Below, one piece after another: positions 27,383-33,686 of a stretch of 45,329 nucleotides of DNA. Below the pieces are notes generated by a model. The model saw only the letters and a list, made by a program, of their open reading frames with translations. It had not been told where the DNA came from and searched no databases. The position numbers and the translations under genes are program-made. Numbering within the stretch: the first letter of the stretch is position 1; each line of letters opens with the position of its first letter. The stretch comes from Eubacteriales bacterium (GTDB lineage Bacteria; Bacillota; Clostridia; Oscillospirales; CAG-272), in assembly GCA_045121195.1 (NCBI GenBank), contig JBGVFO010000152.1:1-45329 (forward strand), read 5' to 3'.

Positions 27383-28588
27383 ATGGAAAAGATTAAACTT
27401 GGTATTATCGGTCTCGGTAATCAGGGATCGCTTTATACAAAACATTTCTTCGGCAGAAAGTGCCCCGAGATCGAGCTTGCCGCAGTGGCAGATATCGATC
27501 CCACGAGAATTGAAAACGTAAAGAAGCTTTATGTAGAGTTCAAGGAGAAGGACGGGACCCTCGTTGAGCCCGCATACTTTGACGATGCTATCAAGATGAT
27601 GGAATCCGGTCTTATCGACTCGGTAATCGTGGCCGTTCCTCACTACGATCACCCCAAGTATGTGATCGAGGCATTCCGTCACGGTCTTCACGCCATCAGC
27701 GAGAAGCCTGCAGGCGTTTACACCCTTCAGGTTCGCGAGATGATGGAGGAGGCTGATAAGCATCCCGAGCTTGTGTTTGGTATGATGTTCAACCAGAGAA
27801 CCAATCATGTGTTCCGCAAGATGAAGGAGATCATCGAGAGCGGCGAGCTTGGTGCCATCAAGAGAACCAGCTGGATCATCACCAACTGGTACAGACCCCA
27901 GTTCTACTATGATTCCGGCGCATGGCGTGCAACCTGGAGCGGAGAAGGCGGAGGCGTTCTTCTGAACCAGTGTCCCCACAACCTTGACCTTTGGCAGTGG
28001 ATCTGCGGTATGCCCACCAAGATCGAGGCAAAGCTGAAGTTCGGTAAGTGGCACGATATCGAGGTTGAGGACGACGTAACGGTATTTGCCGAGTACGAGA
28101 ACGGCGCAACCGGTACCTTCATTACCACCACCGGTGACGCTCCCGGTACCAACCGCTTTGAGATCACCTGCGACGGCGGTAAGCTGGTTTGCGACGACGC
28201 AAAGACCCTTACTATGTGGAAGCTGGATATGCCCGAGTCCGAGTTCACCAAGGTGAACACCAAGGCGTTCGGCGCCCCCAAGGCAACCGTTGTTGACGTA
28301 GAGACCGACGGTGAGAATCCTCAGCACGTAGGCGTGTTCAATGCCTTCGCGGCAGCCGTTCTCCGTGGCGAGCCTCTGGTTGCAGACGGACGTGAGGGTA
28401 TCTTCGGACTTTCTCTTTCCAACGCAATGCACCTGTCCTGCTGGCAGAACAGAGAAGTAACCCTTCCTCTTTCCGCAGAGGACGAGAAGTCGTTCTACGG
28501 TGAGCTTATGGAGCGCGTAAAGACCTCCAGACGCAAGGAGAACGTAACCTCGGCGGTTGCAGATACCTCTGATACCTTCAATAGCTGA
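27383..28588 (+). CDS. Gfo/Idh/MocA-family NAD(P)-dependent oxidoreductase
   Basis: 401 aa. It has the N-terminal Rossmann motif KLGIIGLGNQG, plus the EKP motif (AISEKPAG) and the C-terminal alpha/beta domain. Confidence 0.9.
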   Translation: MEKIKLGIIGLGNQGSLYTKHFFGRKCPEIELAAVADIDPTRIENVKKLYVEFKEKDGTLVEPAYFDDAIKMMESGLIDSVIVAVPHYDHPKYVIEAFRHGLHAISEKPAGVYTLQVREMMEEADKHPELVFGMMFNQRTNHVFRKMKEIIESGELGAIKRTSWIITNWYRPQFYYDSGAWRATWSGEGGGVLLNQCPHNLDLWQWICGMPTKIEAKLKFGKWHDIEVEDDVTVFAEYENGATGTFITTTGDAPGTNRFEITCDGGKLVCDDAKTLTMWKLDMPESEFTKVNTKAFGAPKATVVDVETDGENPQHVGVFNAFAAAVLRGEPLVADGREGIFGLSLSNAMHLSCWQNREVTLPLSAEDEKSFYGELMERVKTSRRKENVTSAVADTSDTFNS

Positions 28589-28606
28589 TTCTCAAAATAT
28601 TTTCAA

Positions 28607-28633
28607 GGGCGCCCTGCGCGGCGCCCTTTTTTT
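28607..28633 (+). terminator. Rho-independent terminator of the four-gene sugar operon
   Basis: Stem GGGCGCC / GGCGCCC followed by TTTTTTT at 28627-28633. Confidence 0.8.
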
Positions 28634-28721
28634 AGAAAAAAGAAAAAATATTTTTCAAAATCCTATTGACAACCGAGGGGAAAAGTGGTATACTATGCAA
28701 GTACGAAAAAATCGCACACCT

Positions 28722-28798
28722 GCGGCGTTAGCTCAGCTGGATAGAGTGTCTGGCTACGAACCAGAAGGTCAGGGGTTCGAGTCCCTTACGCCGCGCCA
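28722..28798 (+). tRNA. tRNA-Arg (anticodon ACG), CCA encoded
   Basis: I folded the cloverleaf by hand. Acceptor stem is GCGGCGT/ACGCCGC, anticodon stem TCTGG/CCAGA with loop CTACGAA, T-arm AGGGG-TTCGAGT-CCCTT, discriminator G, then CCA. Confidence 0.93.
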
Positions 28799-28816
28799 CA
28801 AAAAGAGCATACCCAA
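28778..28816 (+). repeat. Direct repeat DR1, copy a (tRNA-Arg 3' end plus start of its terminator)
   Basis: CGAGTCCCTTACGCCGCGCCACAaAAAGAGCATACCCAA recurs at 28926-28964 with one mismatch. Confidence 0.9.
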
Positions 28817-28881
28817 AGGGTATGCTCTTTTTGTATTTGATGTGGAAGGGACTCGAAGGGTTCGGTAGTGAATGACCGTCC
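28815..28881 (+). repeat. Direct repeat DR2, copy a (67 nt)
   Basis: AAAGGGTATGCTCTTTTTGTATTTGATGTGGAAGGGACTCGAAGGGTTCGGtAGTGAATGACCGTCC recurs at 30133-30199 with one mismatch (28866 T versus 30184 A). Confidence 0.9.
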
Positions 28882-28925
28882 GGGGGACGGTCAGAGCCGA
28901 ACCCCGACCGAGCCGAAGCGAGACA

Positions 28926-28964
28926 CGAGTCCCTTACGCCGCGCCACAGAAAGAGCATACCCAA
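28926..28964 (+). repeat. Direct repeat DR1, copy b (orphan tRNA-Arg 3'-end fragment, att-like scar)
   Basis: 39 nt, matching 28778-28816 at 38 of 39 positions. There is no 5' half of a tRNA upstream of it. Confidence 0.9.
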
Positions 28965-29150
28965 TGGAACGTACTCTTAAGGACAGTTTTGAGAGTGTTT
29001 ACCTGCTCACAGAAAAACAGAAATCGCAGATTGTTTTTCTGCGGTTTTTGTATTATAATAGGGATAGGGACTAAACTTGATTCATTTGTTAATCAAAAGC
29101 GAAATTTGAATGAATCAGACAAATAAACAAGAATTTGAAAAGGAAAGAAT

Positions 29151-29516
29151 ATGGAACAAAAATATCAGATTGGTAATGAATATGGATCTATAATGTGGGA
29201 CATCGAAAAGCTCCTCAAAGATATTGAAAAGTTTAGAATAAAAGCATTTGATGTTAAGCATCTCGTTCTCAGCAATCCGTTTCACGGAAATGAAGAATAT
29301 GCTATGACTACCGACATTACTCAACCTTTAATTGTTGTCAATCTGACAGAAAATATAGATAAGCTAATTGATGGTAACCATAGGTTGCAAAAGGCATTGA
29401 AACTTGGTGTAGCAACGATCGATGCTTATTATCTGTCGTTTGAAGAACATCGCAACTACATTATTGATTTTCACGAGGATATATATCACCATATAGTAAG
29501 TCATTGGAAAAATTAA
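29151..29516 (+). CDS. Small ParB N-terminal-domain-like (ParB/sulfiredoxin-fold) protein
   Basis: 121 aa in an AT-rich segment. PLIVVNLTENIDKLIDGNHRLQKALKLGVATIDAYYL matches the core DGxHR motif region of ParB-like nuclease domains. Confidence 0.6.
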   Translation: MEQKYQIGNEYGSIMWDIEKLLKDIEKFRIKAFDVKHLVLSNPFHGNEEYAMTTDITQPLIVVNLTENIDKLIDGNHRLQKALKLGVATIDAYYLSFEEHRNYIIDFHEDIYHHIVSHWKN

Positions 29517-29557
29517 ATTCTAATTTGTCGAGAAATAAGGGAACGCTCATAGATAAA

Positions 29558-29608
29558 AGCCTCCCTTATGTAAAGGGAGGTGGCACGCGTAGCGTGACGG
29601 AGGGATTG
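29558..29608 (+). repeat. Left two-hairpin inverted-repeat arm flanking the DUF559 gene
   Basis: AGCCTCCCTTATGTAAAGGGAGGTGGCACGCGTAGCGTGACGGAGGGATTG. The hairpins are CCTCCCTT/AAGGGAGG and CACGC/GCGTG. The reverse complement of 29956-30004 aligns along its whole length. Confidence 0.75.
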
Positions 29609-29610
29609 TA

Positions 29611-29979
29611 ATGCAGAGAAAACACAACAAAAATATCGTACCAACAGCAAAAATGCTGCGAAAGAATATGACGAAAGAAGAAAATTATCTTTGGTATGAT
29701 TTTTTGCGTACCTATCCCGTCCGCTTTTCTCGTCAAAAGGTTCTCGGAAAGTATATAGCGGATTTTTACTGTGCAGAGGCAAAGCTTGTTATTGAGCTTG
29801 ACGGTTCTGGGCATTATACCGGGGAAGGAAAGCAATACGATGAAGAAAGAACAGCTTTTCTTGAAGAATACGGATTGACAGTTATCAGAATACCGAATAC
29901 GGAAATACATAAAAACTTTCGGGGTGTTTGCGAATATATTGATCGCCTCGTAGAACAATCCCTCAGTCTGCTTCGCTGA
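29611..29979 (+). CDS. DUF559 (Vsr/restriction-endonuclease-like fold) protein
   Basis: 122 aa. AKMLRKNMTKEENYLWYDFLR...FSRQKVLGKYIADFYCAEAKLVIELDGSGH...YDEERTAFLEEYGLTVIRIPNTEI is a textbook DUF559 pattern. Confidence 0.85.
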   Translation: MQRKHNKNIVPTAKMLRKNMTKEENYLWYDFLRTYPVRFSRQKVLGKYIADFYCAEAKLVIELDGSGHYTGEGKQYDEERTAFLEEYGLTVIRIPNTEIHKNFRGVCEYIDRLVEQSLSLLR

Positions 29980-30004
29980 CAGCTCCCTTTACACAAGGGA
30001 GCCT
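29956..30004 (+). repeat. Right two-hairpin inverted-repeat arm flanking the DUF559 gene
   Basis: CAATCCCTCAGTCTGCTTCGCTGACAGCTCCCTTTACACAAGGGAGCCT. It contains the DUF559 stop codon (29977-29979). It matches 30461-30506 closely, sharing a 29-nt block with one mismatch. Confidence 0.75.
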
Positions 30005-30132
30005 TTTTTGTTCACCTATAGCTTGTCAATTTTACTGACAAGCACTGCATTTGTGTCCACAAATGCAAAATACGGCATACCTATTTCGAGATATACCGTA
30101 TTTTTGAAAACTGTCCTTTAGAGTGACGCTCT

Positions 30133-30199
30133 AAAGGGTATGCTCTTTTTGTATTTGATGTGGAAGGGACTCGAAGGGTTCGGAAGTGAATGACCGTCC
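30133..30199 (+). repeat. Direct repeat DR2, copy b (67 nt)
   Basis: Matches 28815-28881 at 66 of 67 positions. Confidence 0.9.
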
Positions 30200-30371
30200 T
30201 CCAAAAAAGGCACGCTCATTAGGCTGGTTCTCATAAGGATGTTTTGGGAATATGGTAGGGGCGAACTGTGTTCGCCCGCGGGAGACCGCAGGTCTCCCCT
30301 ACGCATACACATAAATTTTGGCAGAGATGTTGTTTCCTCTGCCGATTTGTGTTATAATGAGGCTAACGAAA

Positions 30372-30506
30372 AGCCTCCCTCCGGGAGGGAGGGGGACCGC
30401 GTTAGCGGTGAAAGGAGCCTGCGCAACTTTAGTTTTGGATAAAACCTATTGTATCGCACTCTCCCTCAGTCAGCTTCGCTGACAGCTCCCTCTCCGGAGG
30501 GAGCCT
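30372..30506 (+). mobile_element. Gene-less (MITE-like) copy of the same inverted-repeat pair
   Basis: A left-arm homologue at 30372-30417 and a right-arm homologue at 30461-30506 are separated by only about 43 nt, with no ORF between them. Confidence 0.6.
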
Positions 30507-30598
30507 ATGAACGCGCTCGCGCATCTTTAGAGGCTTGGGCTTTGCCCTATGTCTTTGTAATACAAAGGCGAAACTGACGATAAAACAAGAGGATACGT

Positions 30599-31045
30599 AT
30601 GGTGTTTTTGAGAAATTTAAAAAAAGAAGATGCATCGGAATTGCGAGAATACGGATATTCGGATTTATCCGCAGAGCAAGTAGAAACTCTTATTTGTGAT
30701 TGGGAAAAAAAGCAGTTCAACGGTAAGTATTTTGAAATGTATGCTATTGTTTCTGATGAAAGAATTGTAGGCACAATTTCGTTATATCAACATTCATCGG
30801 AAGTTGTATCGTTTGGACCGGAGGTCTTTTGCAAGTACCGAAGAAATGGTTTTGCCAAAGAAGCAATGATATGTGCTTGTCAAATAGCAAAAGAAAAGGG
30901 GTTCAAAATAGTTTCACAACAGATTCTAACCAATAATACCGCAAGTATTGCATTACATTGTTCTCTTGGCTTTGAAACAAGCGAACTCATTTTTACAAAT
31001 GCTAAAGGAAATCAAGTATCTATTTATTTGAAATGTTTAGTATAA
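30599..31045 (+). CDS. GNAT-family N-acetyltransferase
   Basis: 148 aa in an AT-rich segment. It has a motif A-like region CKYRRNGFAKEAMICACQIAKEKGF and a motif B region NNTASIALHCSLGFE. Confidence 0.8.
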   Translation: MVFLRNLKKEDASELREYGYSDLSAEQVETLICDWEKKQFNGKYFEMYAIVSDERIVGTISLYQHSSEVVSFGPEVFCKYRRNGFAKEAMICACQIAKEKGFKIVSQQILTNNTASIALHCSLGFETSELIFTNAKGNQVSIYLKCLV

Positions 31046-31050
31046 ATAAA

Positions 31051-31090
31051 AAAGCAGATAATCAGCTGTTGCGAGCGATTATCTGCTTTT
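31051..31090 (+). terminator. Rho-independent terminator after the GNAT gene
   Basis: A 13-bp stem, AAAGCAGATAATC / GATTATCTGCTTT, followed by T. Confidence 0.7.
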
Positions 31091-31144
31091 ATCATCCTTA
31101 TGCGACGTCGCCTTTGGCGTGCCTTTTTATATTAGACAGAGATA

Positions 31145-32221
31145 TTATCCGTCGGGATCCAAAGACCGCCAGACCTGCTCCGCGGGCTTTCCTTGAATGG
31201 TGAAGCCCTTGTCGCAATTCGGCTCGTCGAAATAGTGGGGGCGAAGCTGGGTTTCATCCCACTTCCACCAGCACCATCCCATCCACTGGGGAAGCACCTT
31301 GAAAACGTCCCAAGACGCCTTCATAAAGTTTGCCTGCTCCTCGCCGTCGTAGCGTGCCTTCCACATGAAGTTCCACGGAACCTGGATCGAGCCGTGGGAG
31401 GAGCGGACGCCGTACTCGGTAAAGAGGATCGGCTTGTTTCCGAAGCGCTCGGAGATGGATACGATCCGTTCCCGTCTCGGCAAGAGATATTGGAACATAT
31501 CGTCGTAGGTGTAGACGGGATTGTTGTCGGGGTCGGTCTTGTGCTCGGGCGCACATGCCGGGGGATAATAGCTGTAGCTCAAGAAATCCAGCTCGTTCAG
31601 CCAGTTCAGCGGATGCTTTTTGCGTGAAGCGAAGGTGAACTCATAAGTAAGAGGACCGTCGTAAAGGGAGCGCGCGTCGGCGATCACCTGCTGCCAGTAT
31701 GCCTCCTTGTGCTCGGTTCCCAGATTTTCCGCGCCCAGCATCAGACCGTCAATACCGATCCGTTGCGCAAGATCTGCGCTGTATCGAATGATCTTTCGAT
31801 AGCTGTCAAACCACATTTTCCAGTAGTCGATCTTCACGCCGTTGATCTGCTGTCCCGCCTCGGGAAAGGTAACGGAGCCCATGGGCTGACCGTCAAGACA
31901 GGTCATACACGGCTTGAGCAATACCAGAATGCCGTGGGCGTGCAGAAGATCGGTCATTTCCTTCAGCTCCAGATCGCTTACACTCCATTCAAGGTCAATG
32001 CGAATATCGGTGGAATAATAATGATCCTGAACGATATTTTGATTGAGCGTGACGCAGTTGACGCCCATCTCCGCCATCTTTGCAGGCTGTGCCAGCATCT
32101 CGGGGGAGGCGTAATAGCCCCGCTTGGAAAGGAACCCGAAATTCATACCCTTGATACGGCGGGTAAAAAGCGGATGGTTGCGGAATCGCTCGGGAATATT
32201 TACTGCTTCATTGTTATACAT
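31145..32221 (-). CDS. TIM-barrel glycoside hydrolase, clan GH-A-like (family not assigned)
   Basis: 358 aa with no signal peptide. The candidate nucleophile strand is PILFTEYG, the candidate acid/base region is MLGAENLG, and CWWKWD lies near the C-terminus, as in clan GH-A beta-8. Confidence 0.65.
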   Translation of the reverse strand: MYNNEAVNIPERFRNHPLFTRRIKGMNFGFLSKRGYYASPEMLAQPAKMAEMGVNCVTLNQNIVQDHYYSTDIRIDLEWSVSDLELKEMTDLLHAHGILVLLKPCMTCLDGQPMGSVTFPEAGQQINGVKIDYWKMWFDSYRKIIRYSADLAQRIGIDGLMLGAENLGTEHKEAYWQQVIADARSLYDGPLTYEFTFASRKKHPLNWLNELDFLSYSYYPPACAPEHKTDPDNNPVYTYDDMFQYLLPRRERIVSISERFGNKPILFTEYGVRSSHGSIQVPWNFMWKARYDGEEQANFMKASWDVFKVLPQWMGWCWWKWDETQLRPHYFDEPNCDKGFTIQGKPAEQVWRSLDPDG

Positions 32222-32251
32222 TGGCGTACCTCTTTTGGTGACGTTTTCTGT

Positions 32252-33553
32252 TTACTTGCGGGAAAGCTCTTGATCGGAAACGGAACGTCCGCTCCACTGC
32301 GCGGCGCCGGAGTAGAGAATGGTGGGGAGTGCCGTCTGCGGACGGTGCCAGGAGGTCTGCAGAATACCAAGGCTGCCCTTTTTCGCGCAGAGCTTGATCA
32401 TGCTGTTGGTGCCATCCTTGTTGAGGAAGGGAGAATAGATGGTCTGGAATCCGCGGCTCTCAAAGTAGTCGATATCGGCCCAGTGGCTTCCCACGTCGTT
32501 GTGGGTCCAGATGTTGATCAGGATGTTCTTCGGCAGCGTGTCGGCAATGCCCTCGGCAGGCTTCCAATAGAGGGCATCCATAGAGGAGTAAAGCATATCG
32601 CTCCACATAACCATACGGGTGCCCTTGCTCTGCAGATAGGTGTTCAGATTGCAAAGATGGGTGGTGAACAGCGCGTCGGCAGGCTTGGTGCGGTCCTCCT
32701 CGGTGGAGCCGAAGCCAAAGCACTTGTCCGAGCTGACGTGGAAGAGGGGAGGATTGCGGAAGGTCTCGCAAAGATCGTCGATGAGATCAAACAGGAACTG
32801 CTTGGTCTTGGGGTTCTCCGTTGCGAAGCACCATCCGCCCGGGACCCACATATCGGCAAGATCGGGGCGCTGATCCAGCACCACGTGCTGACGGGAGGAA
32901 ATACGGCTCCATCCCGCGTGAGAGGTCAGATTCTGACAGGGCAGAGGCGTCATATGAAGATCGTCGATGATGTGCGCGATAAGTGCTTCCACCGATTCAC
33001 GGGTGTAGGGACTGTCGGGCCAGCAAGCGTAAGGATGCTTGCGATAGGGGAAGGTACCCCAGAACTCAAGGAAAACGTGGTTGTATCCGGCAAGGCAGGC
33101 GTTTTCAAGAAGGGCGTTCAGCGCCTCGGGAGAGGAATCCTCCTTGTCGGTTCCGTCGTTCGGACGGAAGATGCAGCAATGCAAGCCGCGGAACGAGATC
33201 TTGGGCTCGTCCTGAATCGTCATGCAGGGAACTTGACCGTTATAATCGTCGACAAGACTGATCAGCATACGAAGACCTTGAGAAAGACCTTCCTCAAAAT
33301 TCGCGGCAATTGCCACGCCGTTTTCGCTGACGGTCAGCGCGTAGGCCTCCTTGTCGCTTCCGTCAACGGTGGGGATCTCGGCGTTTCCGACGGTGAGAGC
33401 AAGGCGTCCGTCATCAACGACGGTCCCAGTGAGCAAGCCACAGCGTGCGGCAAGCCAACCGTAATCTTTTTTTGCGGCGAAGTGTAACGTATAGTTACCC
33501 TCTACCTTATAGAATCCTTTACCAAGGGTCATAGACTGGGGAATGTGTACCAT
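32252..33553 (-). CDS. GH20-like (beta-hexosaminidase-fold) protein with divergent catalytic motifs
   Basis: From ORF 32252..33562, with the start at ATG 33553 (GAGGTG RBS 6 nt upstream). It has a GH20 N-domain-like EAYALTVSENGVAIAANFEEGLSQGLRMLISL and then IQDEPKISFRGLH. FHVSSDK occupies the position where GH20 enzymes carry H-x-G-G-D-E. Confidence 0.6.
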   Translation of the reverse strand: MVHIPQSMTLGKGFYKVEGNYTLHFAAKKDYGWLAARCGLLTGTVVDDGRLALTVGNAEIPTVDGSDKEAYALTVSENGVAIAANFEEGLSQGLRMLISLVDDYNGQVPCMTIQDEPKISFRGLHCCIFRPNDGTDKEDSSPEALNALLENACLAGYNHVFLEFWGTFPYRKHPYACWPDSPYTRESVEALIAHIIDDLHMTPLPCQNLTSHAGWSRISSRQHVVLDQRPDLADMWVPGGWCFATENPKTKQFLFDLIDDLCETFRNPPLFHVSSDKCFGFGSTEEDRTKPADALFTTHLCNLNTYLQSKGTRMVMWSDMLYSSMDALYWKPAEGIADTLPKNILINIWTHNDVGSHWADIDYFESRGFQTIYSPFLNKDGTNSMIKLCAKKGSLGILQTSWHRPQTALPTILYSGAAQWSGRSVSDQELSRK

Positions 33554-33633
33554 AAGTATCACCTCAACTTTTAGATTTCGCCTTTATTGTACTATAGCCG
33601 CTCAAAAATTTCAAGAAATAATGAAAAACTGTT

Positions 33634-33659
33634 GTATATCAAACGCATATGTGATATAC
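33634..33659. promoter_or_regulatory. Candidate operator palindrome in the divergent GH/regulator intergenic region
   Basis: GTATATCA-N10-TGATATAC has 8-bp perfect arms. Its right arm overlaps a TATACT -10-like hexamer 27 nt upstream of the regulator ATG. Confidence 0.45.
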
Positions 33660-33686
33660 TGTATTCGAAAAGAGGAGGGATAGACC

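Noticed and set aside
24660-28432. Antisense ORFs 24660..26360, 26545..27384 and 27335..28432, opposite the sugar operon.
   Set aside because: The sense-strand genes carry clear SDR, XI-like TIM and Gfo/Idh/MocA motifs, tight spacing and RBSs. The antisense ORFs have none of these.
28557-29126. ORFs 28557..28868, 28728..28964, 28868..29074 and 28872..29126, overlapping tRNA-Arg and the repeats. Likewise 38783..39127 over tRNA-Ser and tRNA-Thr.
   Set aside because: They run through tRNA genes, terminators and repeat scars, and have no RBS. They are artefacts of ORF calling.
28778-30506. The repeat cluster as a possible CRISPR array.
   Set aside because: The repeats belong to several unrelated families (39 nt, 67 nt and inverted-repeat arms). 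There are only two copies of each, the spacing is irregular, protein-coding genes lie between them, and no cas genes are present.
28800-31140. An integrase or recombinase expected next to the tRNA-linked att-like repeats.
   Set aside because: No ORF in the islet resembles a tyrosine or serine recombinase. The element is therefore described as a scar or non-autonomous element rather than an intact integrative element.
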